Positions 1 to 12,574 of a DNA stretch of 64,000 bases are shown piece by piece. The stretch lies in assembly GCA_964016885.1 (NCBI GenBank), contig OZ024748.1:30380001-30444000 (forward strand). Direction: 5' to 3'. The translations under genes and the position numbers were made by a program. How positions within the stretch are numbered: the stretch's first letter is position 1; every line of letters starts with the position of its first letter. This DNA comes from Eledone cirrhosa. Taxonomy: Eukaryota. The notes beneath the pieces are model-generated. The model was not told where the DNA came from. It made no database searches and saw only the letters and a list, made by a program, of their open reading frames with translations.

Positions 1-307
1 TTAGCGTCTTCAACTGTAGTATAAGAAATACATCGTCCTCACATGTATATCATATTTATTTCTTATTAATATATTTACACACACACTATTTGCGTCTGAA
101 TACGGTAAGTTGAACAAAATTTATTTTAAATCTGTGATCATGTGTATAATTAATAGTGGTAAGAAACGCTTAGGAGAGCTGGACAGCAGGTCTTGAGAGG
201 AAACCACCGTCCAAGCAAGTGTTCCGGCCCCTAAATTGTGAATCTCTCGAAGAGAATACATATTCACAAAACAAAAATGTCGATCTTTTATTTTTTTTTT
301 ATCTCAG

Positions 308-331
308 GATCGACTGTTAACGTGATACAAA
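308..331 (+). other. Putative non-coding 5'UTR micro-exon of the zinc-finger gene
   Basis: Long T-tract plus tctcAG acceptor (AG 306-307) and AAA|GTAAGT donor at 332. There is an upstream donor CG|GTAAGT at 105 and a downstream acceptor tttaacAG ending at 2805, before the ZNF ORF. Confidence 0.4.
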
Positions 332-462
332 GTAAGTTATTGTTTGGTGAACAAATATAATTCAAATCCATTTTGTGTTGCTTCTCAGACCCCCCCCCCC
401 CCCACATAGTATGAAATATCAGTAAATAAAACAGACTTAAATAAGACAAATCAACAAACTTT

Positions 463-1232
463 GGCGATATCCAATTTTAGCTGTCTAAATGCCGCTTACT
501 TGCTGCAGTTGCTGCTTACTTCAATGTATGAGGCTATTCCAACAAATTTACATTCCCCTTTTTTTTAGCCGTTAAAAGAAATATAGATTTATTTATTTGC
601 CACTGGGGCATAGATTTCTTTATTTGCCCCTTTTTTGTTTGTTTGTTTTTTTGCGATTTATTAGCCTTTTGGGGTCACACACACCCCCGTAGAAAGTGTG
701 CGACCTTTCTGCCAGGGAGTACAGAGAGAGGGGGGTGCTCCCTTCTTCTCTTACCTGTACAAGCCGATATAGAGAGATGGCCCACTTACACGGGCCATTA
801 TTGCTACTTTCACCCGAAAAAGGCACTCAGTCCCAGCCAATTCCATGAAAGATGGGTGAAAGTAGCAATAATGGCCCGTGTAAGTGGGCCATCTCTCTAT
901 ATCGGCTTGTACAGGTAAGAGAAGAAGGGAGCACCCCCCCCCCCTCTCTCTGTGCTCCCTGGCAGAAAGGTCGCACACTTTCTACGGGGGTGTGTGTGAC
1001 CCCAAGAGGCTAATAAATCGCAAAAAAACAAACAAACAAAAAAGGGGCAAATAAAGAAATCTATGCCCCAGTGGCAAATAAATCGCAAAAAAATAAAAAT
1101 AAATAAATCTATATTTCTTTTAACGGCTAAAAAAAGGGGGAATGTAAATTTGTTGGAATAGCCTCATACATTGAAGTAAGCAGCAACTGCAGCAAGTAAG
1201 CGGCATTTAGACAGCTAAAATTGGATATCGCC
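463..1232. mobile_element. Non-autonomous foldback DNA transposon (Merlin-like MITE)
   Basis: Inverted arms 463-815 and 854-1232 with a 38-nt spacer. Termini are GGCGATATCC...GGATATCGCC, with an exact 8-bp direct repeat CAAACTTT at 455-462 and 1233-1240. Confidence 0.85.
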
Positions 1233-1599
1233 CAAACTTTCTCTATTGATCGTAATAATATTTATTCGTGTATTAAGTTTTGATTTAGTTCTTTTTTTCT
1301 TAAAGATATTTTCATGTTTAGATTTTGTATTAACAATAATTCACTCGCGGACGAAATATCGAATCTCAAATATGATGAACGAACTAGTTTGGGTGAAACC
1401 TGGTTTGTATTAAGAATATCCTAGTAGATAAATATGAGGAGGAAAAACACGAAAATGTAATTTATGAGGAAGAAAAAGGTGTTTTCTTGTCTATAACTAT
1501 AAATTTGTCAAACATAACAGTAAAAAAGAAAGCAGTATTCGAAAGGACTATAAATGCCATAAATGAGAGGAAAAGGAGGAGAGGAGCAAAGACTATCAA

Positions 1600-1935
1600 A
1601 CAAAGGAAGAAAGAAAGGCCGGTTATATGATGCCTGTGTGAGATGCACGATGCGGCATTGTAGTGAGACATGGGCAGCAACTGCGGAGAATATGCGACGG
1701 CAGGAAGGAAATGAAGCAAGCATGCTCCGATGGATGTGCAATGTCAATGTGTGAACGACCAAGCATAGACGAGTTGAATGTGAAACTGTGTATAAGAGGG
1801 ATAAGCTGTAGTGTGTGGGAGAGAAGACTGTGTTGGTATGGACATATGATGCGTATGGAATATGACCGCTGGGTGAAGAAGTGCCAAGAAATCCCAGTTG
1901 AAGGAAGACCACGAAAATCATGGGCGGAATTAAAA
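1600..1935 (+). mobile_element. RTE-clade LINE 3' ORF fragment
   Basis: Frameshifted KGRLYDACVR..HCSETWA..MLRWMCNV and RRLCWYGHMMRM..WVKKC..EGRPRKSW. Confidence 0.8.
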
Positions 1936-1949
1936 TGATGATGATATAT

Positions 1950-2560
1950 CATCATCGATTAACATCTATCTGCCACGTTAGTATGGGTTAGACAGGTTTG
2001 TCCCATTTAGAGGCAAGTTGGTGTGGGAGACCATGTCTTGCTCATATAGGAGAGATTCTGGCTGGTTTTCTAGGGCTGGATGCCCTTCCTAACGCCAACC
2101 ACATTTACAGTGTGTGCTGGGTGCTTTTTGTCGTGACACCTACACGATCATTTTGTTGTGTCGCCGACGCAACCACTTTACAGGCACTTTTGTCTTGGGA
2201 CTAGGGAGGGTGGAGGAGCTTGGGGAAAAATGTGGACAGGGTAGTAGGGGAGTTATGGTGAATGAGAGGGGATAGAAGGTTGAGGAAAGTGTTGCCTACT
2301 AGGAATAAGCCTCACTCTGAGAATAATAGAAGGCGGGTCTTCTGTAAAACTGCATAGGACCAAAGGTCACAGTCCTGAGTCATTGCCTTTGAGAGGTGTA
2401 ATTGTGAAAGGTCAGCTTTAATTATCTCATCCCAAGTTTTCCTAGGCCTGCCCACACCACAGCTACCTTCGACTGAGCGCTCTGCACCTTATTATACAGC
2501 TGTCATCCTTCATACGCATCACATGTCCATACCAACGCAATCGCCTCTCCTGCATACAAC
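1950..2560 (-). mobile_element. RTE LINE 3' end (ORF tail plus 3'UTR with AGGAAGGGCATCCAGC module and TGA-repeat tail)
   Basis: Minus strand RRLRWYGHVMRM at ~2550-2510, followed by the conserved module and a GATGATGA tail. Confidence 0.7.
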
Positions 2561-3172
2561 ATATATATAGTTATGCTATTTTATCTACATATATATATTT
2601 ATGTTATTTTATCTACTATATTATTGTGTTTTTATTCATCTACTCCTTTATATAATATACATCTTCAAAATGATGAGAAAGATTGTTCAATTGTTCAGAT
2701 AAAGATTTATATTTACAGTTTATCAATATGTTAAAATTTCCACTGTTGAATTTCTACTTATTAACTATCCTCTGTATCTTATTCTATTTCTTTATTATTT
2801 AACAGCCTCAGATGACATTGTCATTAAAGACATTTTAACCTCAGATGTATGATCTTTTAAAGACTAAAGGAAGATTTTTTACAGAAAAGACATAACCCTG
2901 TTTATATAAATCTATGGTGGATTACTGTAACATTTCTTCTGGACTGAGATTATTAGCAACATTTCTCTGCTTCAGTGGAAAATCTACAAGATGATTTTTG
3001 CATGCTAATTAAACTGGTTGGATTTACAAAAACGTTTTCAACACCCTCAGATACCAACAAAGGACACAGTTGGTGGAATTATAGCAGTAGAAATATTTGT
3101 TTGGAATATAAAGTGTAAAAACATAAAGAAGAAAAATATCTGTAAATCGTGGTGAGAGAAAGAAAAAAGATA

Positions 3173-4363
3173 ATGGAAAATGATGAATTATGTGAGAGCA
3201 AGTTTATGTTGAAAACAGAATCTTTAGAGATTGATTTTCAAGATGGTATAAAGATAGAGAAAAGAAAACCATCATATTTCTGTGATATCTGTGATAAATC
3301 TTTCAATGAAAAAGGTAACCTCACTACTCACAGACGTATACATACAGGAGAAAAACCATATCAGTGTGATATCTGTGGTAAATCATTCTCTCAAAATGTT
3401 CACTTAAACAGGCATAAACACATTCATACAGGAGACAAACCATATCACTGTGACAGCTGTGGTAAATCATTCTCTCAAAGATCTAGTTTAACTTGTCACA
3501 TGTATATTCATACAGGAGAAAAGCCATATCACTGTGATATCTGTGGTAAATCATTCTCTCAAAAGGATCACGTAATTAAACATAAGCGCATTCATACAGG
3601 AGAGAGACCATATCACTGTGATGTCTGTGGTAAATCATTCCCTGAAACTGGTCATTTAACTTCTCACAAACGCATTCATACAGGAGAGAAACCATATCAA
3701 TGTGATATCTGTGGAAAATCAGTCTCTCAAACAAGTCACCTAACTAAACACAAACGTATTCATACAGGAGAGAAGCCATATTGCTGCAATATCTGTGGTA
3801 AATCATTCTCTGTAAGTAGTTCTTTGATTAGACATAAACGTATTCATACAGGAGAAAAGCCATATCATTGTGATATCTGTATTAAATCATTCACTCAAAG
3901 TGGTGAATTAATTATACACAAACGTTTTCATACAGGAGAGAAACCCTATAACTGTGATGTTTGTGGTAAATCATTCTGTCAAAGTGGTGAATTAACTATA
4001 CACAAACGTATCCATACAGGAGAGAAACCATATCGCTGTGATATCTGTGGTAAATTATTCACTTATGGAAATAGCTTAAATACACACAAACATATTCATA
4101 CAGGAGAAAAACCATTTCACTGTGATGTCTGTGGTAAATCATTCTCACAAATAAATACTTTAACTAAACATAAACGTATTCATACAGGAGAGAAACCATA
4201 CCACTGTGATATCTGTGATAAATCATTTTCTTCAAGTAGTCACTTGACTACTCACAAACGTATTCATACTGGAGAGAAGCCACATTGCTGTGATATTTGT
4301 AATAAATCATTTTCTCAAAAAATTCACTTAAATAACCATATATGTAAATATGCAGAAGAGTAA
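3173..4363 (+). CDS. Tandem C2H2 zinc-finger protein, 396 aa, 12 complete fingers plus 1 degenerate finger, no KRAB domain
   Basis: Intact ORF from ATG 3173 with repeated Y-x-C-x2-C-x3-F-x5-L-x2-H-x3-H-TGEKP units. Confidence 0.95.
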   Translation: MENDELCESKFMLKTESLEIDFQDGIKIEKRKPSYFCDICDKSFNEKGNLTTHRRIHTGEKPYQCDICGKSFSQNVHLNRHKHIHTGDKPYHCDSCGKSFSQRSSLTCHMYIHTGEKPYHCDICGKSFSQKDHVIKHKRIHTGERPYHCDVCGKSFPETGHLTSHKRIHTGEKPYQCDICGKSVSQTSHLTKHKRIHTGEKPYCCNICGKSFSVSSSLIRHKRIHTGEKPYHCDICIKSFTQSGELIIHKRFHTGEKPYNCDVCGKSFCQSGELTIHKRIHTGEKPYRCDICGKLFTYGNSLNTHKHIHTGEKPFHCDVCGKSFSQINTLTKHKRIHTGEKPYHCDICDKSFSSSSHLTTHKRIHTGEKPHCCDICNKSFSQKIHLNNHICKYAEE

Positions 4364-4696
4364 CTGTATCAAGGTTGAAATTTATGTCATGCTAAATACA
4401 ACACAACTATTATTTATTATTAAATTGTTTCATGTTTCTCGTTGGTTTAAGTATTAATTCTATGACTATATATGTCTGTATAAATGCATACATATAAATG
4501 ATGTGTCTTTGTCTTGTGTACAACATATCCCTGCTTGTCATAAATATTGTGCTACCAAAGGTGATTTCAGACAGGCTTAATGTCAAAATGGTTGCAAAAA
4601 TGTCAAATAGAAAAAAAGAAAATTCTTCATTTCATTACTTTGCATAAACACCATAAAATTTGAAAAAAATTTAATTTATCATTATTATACTATCAA

Positions 4697-6120
4697 GAGG
4701 GCGGTGGATTGGCAGTATCGGTAGAGGATCGGACACCATGCTTTGACGCATAGAGTTACGGCCCTTGCCATTCTGAGTTCAAATCCCACCGAGGTTAACT
4801 TTGCCTTTCATCCTTACGGGGTCGATAAAATAAAGTACAAGTAATGCACTGAGATAATTGCTGGCCTTGTACCAAAAGTAGAAACAATTATACTATCAAG
4901 ATCAATTTTGCTTTTCATAGCTTTGGGGGTTGATAAAATATAGTATTAATCAAGTATTGGGTCGATTTAATCGTTGTTTTCGCTTACACAAAGTTGTTGG
5001 CTTTGTACCTAAATTAGAAATTATATTACCAATGTAAGAGGGCGGTGGATTGGCAGTATTGGTAGAGGGTCGGACGCCGTGCTTTGATGTATAGAGTTAC
5101 GGACCTTGCCATTCTGAGTTCAAATCCCGCCAAGGTTAACTTTGCCTTTCATTCTTACGGGGTTGATAAAATAAAGTACCAGTAATGCACTGGGTAATTG
5201 CTGGCCTTGTGCCTAACGTCGAAACAATTATATTACCAGTGTAACATTACCTGAGACAGTGAATTGACAGAGTTGTTAAAACATCATAGAATACTTTGAG
5301 TTCAAGCTCTGCACTCTGAGTTCAAATCTCGCAATGGTCAACTTTGCCCTACATCCTTTCAGGGTTGATAAAAAAAAGTACCAGTTCCAAACTGGGGTCC
5401 ATTCTCACTTTTCTCTCCTCTGTAAGAAATCAGCTGTATTCAAACCAAGAGAAGAAATTAGCTTGGCCTAGTTTAAAATACACAAGAAACACTGTCATTA
5501 TGGTGCTCCTATGACACGATCAGAAGTCCAGAGTTGCATACACCATTTCCTGATGTTACCCCCAATGGCAAAAGTATAGCCCATAGTGTGCCTGCAATAT
5601 GGCAGCTAACATTTATAGCCTTAATATAATTAGTAGACAAGTGGTAACATTAATGATTTACATAAAAATATTACAGTGTGCTTTTAGTATTTTGAAGTCA
5701 TGAGTGGTGGATTGGCAGAGTCGTTAGAGCATTGGACAAAATACTTTGTGGTATCTAGTTACAGACCATTACAATCTTAGTTCAAATCCCACCATGGTCA
5801 ACCTTGCCTTTCACCCTTCCAAGGATTGATATATAAGGGGGGTCTATATAATTGACTTTCCCCTCCTCAACATATTGCCGGCTTTGTGCCTAATTTAAAA
5901 ATTAAGGTTGGTGGATTAGCAGTATTGGTAGAGTTTCGGACAGATTGCTTTACAATATTTAGTCATGACTTTCTACATTCTGAGTTTAAATCTCACTGAG
6001 GTCAACTTTGATTTCATCCTTCAGGGATCAATAAAATAAAGTACTAGTCAGGTATTGGAGTCGATATAATAAACTTTACCTTCTTCCCTATTTCTAGCCT
6101 TGTGGTAATATCAGAATTAT
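4697..6120 (+). mobile_element. Head-to-tail cluster of about 6 tRNA-derived SINE copies
   Basis: Repeated GGTGGATTGGCAG (A-box-like), GAGTTCAAATCC (B-box) and core CTTTGCCTTTCATCCTTACGGGGTCGATAAAATAAAGTAC. TSDs TTATACTATCAAGA and TTATATTACCARTGTAA are visible. Confidence 0.85.
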
Positions 6121-6124
6121 ATTT

Positions 6125-6500
6125 TGAGGGCATGTGGACTAGTGTTGGGTTCATGGTTGTCAAGTCGTTAGTTTAATTCCCTGACTGGGTAGCACGTTGT
6201 GTCCCGAGCAAGACATTTTATTTCATGTTGCTCTTGTTCACTCAGCTGAGGGGTGTGTATGTGCCAGTAGCTGCAACTGGGGTTTAACCCTGAGACAAAC
6301 TGCCATCCTGACCATGTGGAAATTGTTTACCTATGACAACACTGGTGCCAAGCTGTATCAGACTTTGCCTTTCTCTAGGACAACATCAGCGACATGGAGA
6401 GGAGAGACTGTCGTGCATGGGCAACTGCTAGTCTCCCACAAAAATACTTTACGCAGGCTTGCACCTTGGAGAACTTTACAGGTACAAACCATGGTTTTAT
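6125..6500 (+). mobile_element. Second tRNA-SINE family (CORE-like middle)
   Basis: GTGTCCCGAGCAAGACATTTTATTTCATGTTGCT core, with related copies at ~31750 and ~42060-42190. Confidence 0.55.
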
Positions 6501-6604
6501 TATTACAAGTGTGATTGTAAATTTTTATTTTAAAGATAGTTTATAGGTTTGATTAGAACTTTTTAGGTGCCCCGTAAATTATACATTTTCTGTGGTTCTT
6601 TCAC

Positions 6605-7510
6605 CAGAACGTCAGAACGCTGAACGGGAATATAAACTGCATAAATCAGATGCCAACAGAAAAAAGCAGAATAAATCTTCCAACCATCTCAAGCAAGTGA
6701 CAAAGAAGGCAGTGCTTGAATTTGAACAGTGCATAGCAACCAATCCTGACAGTAAGGTGTTCGGTACTGAAATATGCAGATGACATCAAGCTGTACCTTG
6801 AAATCAAAAGGACTGATCCTGAAATCTACAACTCTTTCCTACAATCAGACCTGGACACAATGCAGCAATGGATCACAGACTGGCAACTGAAGCTGGCTGT
6901 GGACAAGTGTATCACCATGCATTTTGAGCATTACTGTCAGCAGCGATTTGCGTTGGACAAAGCATGTCTCTTAAGATTGTCAAGCAGGCCGAGGGTGTCT
7001 AGGCATCACTCAGCAAGACCTTTGTTAGCCGCTCTCCAGCCATCTATTTAAAGCTGTATACAGCTATGGTACGACCACCCTCGGAATTCGCATTATCAGT
7101 CTGGAACCCCTATCTTGCTCAGAACATTGACCTCCTGGAAACTGTTCAGAGACGTGCAACCAAGCGCATACCCTCCATTAGACACCTACCATACTCTGAA
7201 CGTCTGGCAATGGACTTGGTAAACACCCACAAAGTTATTAACCATCTTGCCAACAACAATCCTGAGCACCTTTTTGATCTCCATGTGTCTAACACACGTG
7301 GACATGTCTACAAAATCAGAAAACAGCACAGCTCCCATGACTTTCGTAAACATTTTTTCACGTTCAGAGTTGCTGAAGCATGGAACTAGCTGCCGAGACA
7401 CTGCATCCTTAAAAACCCTCATGACGTTTGTACATTAACCTATGTACTATACATACACTTTTTGATGAGTTGTAGTACACCTGAGCACTGTACACAATAT
7501 TTCATTATTA
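6605..7510 (+). mobile_element. CR1-clade LINE, fragmented 3' half
   Basis: YADDIKLY..LQSDLDTMQQWITDWQLKLAVDKC; VWNPY..LETVQRRATKRIP..TRGHVYKI..RVAEAWN; ATT tail. Confidence 0.85.
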
Positions 7511-7544
7511 TTTAAATCTGTAATTTGTTTTATATCCAGCCCCT

Positions 7545-7845
7545 AGTAGTCATGTATGTGTCAAGACAAAAGCACCCAGTCCACACTAATGTGGTTGTGT
7601 AGGAGTCATGACAAAAAGCACCCAGTCCACACTGTGAAGTGGTCATGTTGGCTACATGACAAAAGGTACCCAGTCTATGCTGTAAAGTGGTTGTGTAGGT
7701 CTCACAAAAAGCACCCAGCACACACTGTAAATGTGGTTGGCATTAGGAAGGGTCCTCCAACCTGATCTCTCACAAAGGGACAGCCCATCCTACCCATGCT
7801 AGCATGGAAAATGGACATTAAACTATGATGACCATCATCATCACA
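7545..7845 (+). repeat. RTE-related non-autonomous element with 3-4 internal ~50-60-bp repeats
   Basis: Repeated GACAAAAAGCACCCAGTCCACACT..GTGGTTG, then TAGGAAGGG..CCATGCTAGCATGGAAAATGGAC and a TGA tail. Confidence 0.65.
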
Positions 7846-8605
7846 TATTCCACTCAACCCTTGGCTTTTGAAAATAATAGATCAACATTTTAGTTTTGGG
7901 AGTATGTATTATCATGTATAAGGATAACCCATGCTAGCGTGGAAGATGGATGTTAAATGATGATGATGATGATGATGATGATACGTATAAAATGAATCAG
8001 AAGTAGTTTGCAGGAGAGAAGACTATTGGTATGGACTTATGATGCACATGGGTGATGATCACTGGCTGAAGAAGTGTCAAGTAATCCCAGTCGAGGAAAA
8101 CCTAGATGGAAGTGTTGAGAACTGATTTCAGATTACTAAAGCTCACAGATGAGATGACAAAGAAACGTGACAAGTGGAGAGATGCTGTACTGAGAAGGAG
8201 CTGTCCAATGTCTCAGCTAAATTGAACACCTTACTACATTCCCACATGTTTAGCTAACACATACTGTAAAAAAATGTTGAGGAGGATTATGATACATGTA
8301 GGCCATTGAGGTGTTCTCTATAGGCCTCACGTGTTTTCAAAGATTTATGTTTGATTTAATATATACATGGGACATTGAGGTGTTCTCTGCAGACTTCAAA
8401 CTGTCTCAAATGTTTTTATGTTAGATATAATATAATATACATGTGGGTCATGGGCAAAACTAAAAAAAAAAGTCAAAAGGGGTCAATGGTCAGAAATAAA
8501 TGCTATTCTAATGGATCTGCCAAACTATTTTGTGTCAAAAACTATTTGAGCAAACAGTGTGGACCATTTCTTATCACTTATATAGTTATGTTATACTGTA
8601 TTATT

Positions 8606-8890
8606 TTACCTTACGGGGTCAATAAAATAAAGTACACTGGGATAATTGCTGGCCTTGTGCCAAAAGTAGAAACAATTATTTTACCAGAAATAGGGTGGTG
8701 GATTGGTAGTATCGGTAGAGGGTCTGACACCATGCTTTGCAGCATAGAGTTACGGCCCTTTATGATCTGAGTTCAAATCTCACCGAGGTTAACTTTGCCT
8801 TTCATCCTTATGGGGTCGATAAAATAAAGCACCAGTAATACGCTGGGATAATTGCTGGCCTTGTGCCAAAAGTAGAAACAATTATTTTAC
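8606..8890 (+). mobile_element. tRNA-SINE (one truncated and one full copy)
   Basis: Same head and core as the 4697 family, with flanking repeat TTATTTTACCAGAAATA. Confidence 0.8.
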
Positions 8891-9039
8891 CAGAAATATT
8901 TTGTTGGTTGAAAAGTAAGGTGACAGTTTGCTGTGTTCCAAACAGGTTGATATAAAGTCTATTTTGGTTTGTCTAGAAAGTTTGGCTGGTAATTGCAGCA
9001 AAGGTGAGTAAAATGGACTTTAGTTAACACATAGGACAA

Positions 9040-9560
9040 ACAAGAAACTTTTGGTGAGGGTGTGAAGCGAAACATAATGGATAGTATAGCGGTAAAGAAG
9101 TTCAAATATCTCTGAGCTGTGTTCATGAGTGATGGAAGGCAGGAAGCTGAATTAAGTGCAAGAATTGCAAAAACTGATGCAGTAATGCGCCAGCTTCAGC
9201 ATTTGGTAATCAGATGAAGGGAGGTAGGTGTAAAAGCGAAAGTTGCTATCTTCAATTCGGTATTCATGCCAACCCATACCTATGGTCATGAATCTTGGGT
9301 AATGCCCGAAAGAATACGATTGCAAATACAAGTGGCCGAAATGGGGTTCCTCTGAAGGGTCTCTGGAGTAACGTTACTCGATAGAGTGCATAGCTCGGAG
9401 ATAAGAGAGTCACTCCTGAAAGAGCTGCTACTTCTCTGAATTGAGAGATCACTATGGGCATGGGGTTAGAATGTCTCAGGAAAGAATCACTGGTTGCTTC
9501 TGACAGGACCCGCTGGAAGGAGCGTTTGAGGAATCTGTCCCCACGACCCACTAAGGAATA
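9040..9560 (+). mobile_element. RTE/Expander-like LINE fragment
   Basis: VKKFKYL..FMSDGRQE; PTHTYGHESWVMPERIRLQIQVAEMGFL. A related piece lies at ~10810-11150. Confidence 0.7.
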
Positions 9561-9587
9561 AGTGGGCAAAGAAAAATAAGAAATGAG

Positions 9588-10230
9588 GCAGTTGCAGTGT
9601 CATTGGGATATTTGCAGTGGCAGTGAAACAGTTGCAAAATTTGTGAGACAGTTGCAGTAATAATGCGACAGTTGCAGTGTTAGCGAGAAATATGTTGTGT
9701 CAAATTGACAGTTCTAGTATTAGTAAAACATTTGCAGTGTCATTCAGATATTTGCAGTGTTATTGAAATATTTGCAGTGTCAGTGATATATTTGCAGTGT
9801 CAGCGAGATAATTATTGTATCATTGAGACATTTGCAGTGTCAGCAAGACTGTTGCTGTATTAGTGAGACAGTTGAAGTGCCATTCATTGAGACAGTGTGA
9901 GTGTCAATGAGACATTTGCAATGACAGTGAGACTGTTGCAGAGTCAAGGATATATTTGCAGTGTTATACATGTATATGAAGTTTTAGCAAGAAAGTTGCC
10001 ATTTCATTGAGTTGCACTGTCATTGACATATTCATCATGTCAGTGAGACAGTTGTAGTGTCATTCAGGTATTTGCAGTTTCAGTGATGTATTTACAGTAC
10101 TCATGAGATATTTACAGTGCCCATGAGATATTTACAGTGTTAGTGAGATATTTACAGTATTAGTGAGATATTTGCAGTGTTAGTGAGATATTTACAGTGT
10201 TAGTGAGATATTTGCAGTGTCATTGGTATA
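9588..10230. repeat. Degenerate ~20-bp minisatellite
   Basis: About 30 units of TTGCAGTGTYAGTGAGAYAT. Confidence 0.8.
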
Positions 10231-12240
10231 TATTTGGTATCGGCCATGATATATGTCTCTATGGTAATGATCTGGAATCTATTAAACCTAGATTACATTG
10301 ACTTCATAGGAGAAATCAACTAAAATAAAAAAAAACAATACAAAACATTCACACAATATGTCTCAAAAGCAATGACTGAACATCTCTAGAAAAGAAGTTT
10401 GTAGATAACTATTGGATAACAATGAGCAGTATAACAGTCAGCTCACATGTCGCTCACTATCTTTCCAACCCACAAGAGGGCCTGCTATGTGACCTTGCTT
10501 GATTTTACCTTATAAAAAGTAGCAACAATTATATATCAGGTTAGCGAAATTTTCAGAAGAAATTGGATTGGACCTTGAACACATAAAGTAACATTCTAGT
10601 TACCAATTGAAGATGTTTGCTCTCTTCTTGACCGTTTGGTGTCTCAGGATATGCAAACTTTGTGCATCTATCCCATGCCTCTCAGCACTGGCTGCAGGCC
10701 CATCATCAGTTTTTTTGGTACTAGATGGAAACTGCAATACATTTTTCAAACAGACATGAAACCCAACATGAAGCAGGATATGGTATGATCGCTTTTATTT
10801 AATCTAACCCTACTGCAGCTTTTGCCTATGGTTATGACTCTCGAGTAATGACTAAAAAAATACAAGCAGCCAAAATTTGGTTCCTCAACATTGCTTGATA
10901 GTGTGCAGCTTGGAGATCAGGGAGTCACTCCAGGTAGAGCTGCTACTTCTCTGAATTGAGAAATTCAGCTCCAATACCTCAGACATGTGGTTAGAATATC
11001 TAAGGAAAATGTCACTGGATAGATTTTAGGAGCAAAGTCAACCGGCAAGAAACTCAGAGTTAAACCACGAGCAAGATGGTTGGATAACATTCATGACATG
11101 AGCTCAGTTGTTCTCATTTGGGGATCCAACTGGAGCATTTGGAGATGGTCTTTCGTTCTTCCGGGGGTCAATAAAATAAAGTACTAGTAACTCACTGTCA
11201 ACTTAATCAACTTTCCCGTCCCCCAAATTGTTGACCTTGTGCCTAAATCAGAAACCATTATTATTACTATTATTCACTTGGTCGAGAGCAACAGAAGAAG
11301 GAATAGTTGCTTCATTAAATGGCACTATAACTATTCTAATGTGTGAGAACATTATTAACCATTTCGACTGTAGGCGGCCACCCTACTAAATACAAATATG
11401 ATAATGTCGTAGTTTAAGTTCTTGAAATACAAAAACAGGTGGAAACTCAGAATTTTAAAACCTATACTAGACCACCCTTGAGCCGTTGGGTCACGTTCCC
11501 TTCAAAATATTTTTTTAAAATCATGTTCACTTAAAAATAATTTTTGAATATTTAAAATATATACAGACATGTATATAATGTGAAATGAAACTGGGGAAGG
11601 CCCATATATATACGTGTGTATGTATATATATAAATGTGTGTGTATATATATATATAAATGTGTGTGTGTATATATATCTATGTGTGTGTGTATATATATA
11701 TGTGGGATCTATATACACTGGTCATAGACACACACATATATATATATACACAACACCACCAGCTCTCTTCCATTTTCCATCTGTCTCCTCTCCCTATCTT
11801 TCAATCTACTCTGTCACAACCACTATCTCTTCGTCTCTATCTTTCTCTCTCTTTATTTATGAAGGTACCAGGAAAAAACCCATATCTCGGGAACCCGTGG
11901 TCCGATTTAAGCGAAACTTGTTTTATTCCATTTGTATTCCCATTTCAGGGGCAACTTCCTTTCAAAGTATTTTCCCATTATGTGCTCTTTTTGGCTGTAT
12001 TACATTACAGACAAGCTAGCAAGCAAGCAATTACAGACTTTGAGTAATATATAGATTAATATATAAAATAAAATATACATCACTCAACTCCAGTATTATA
12101 TTGCAGTATTATATGCCCCCAATAATTATATATTTTTCTCCTCAAACTACCAAAACACACATCTATTTGTATATGCGCTACAATTTATGTACGTTATGTT
12201 AATCACATATCGAAGATTTTAAGTCTTGGTTGATATTTAA

Positions 12241-12574
12241 TAATTGTTTCTACTCTTGGCCAGCAATTACTCAGTGCATTACTGGTACTTTATTTTATCG
12301 ACCCCGTAAGGATGAAAGGCAAAGTTAACCTCGGCAGGATTTGAACTCAGATCAGAAAGGGGCGTAACTCTGTGCTACAAAGCATATTGTCCGACCCTCT
12401 ACCGATACTGCCAAACCACCACCCTTGGTTGATATTTAATAATTGTTTCTACATTAGGCACAAGGCCAGCAATTACTCAGTGCATTACTGGTACTTTATT
12501 TTATCGACCCCGTAAGGATGAAAGGCAAAGTCAACCTCGGCGGGATTTGAACTCAGATCGAAAAGGGACGTAAC
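12241..12574 (-). mobile_element. Two tRNA-SINE copies at one target site
   Basis: Reverse complement of the SINE core twice, with three copies of TGGTTGATATTTAATAAT (12227, 12426, 12575). Confidence 0.85.

Noticed and set aside
620-1088. Four overlapping short ORFs with shared peptides
   Set aside because: Artefact of the palindrome; there are no protein motifs.
4697-4790. tRNA-like A/B boxes
   Set aside because: SINE heads followed by the SINE core; no intact cloverleaf.
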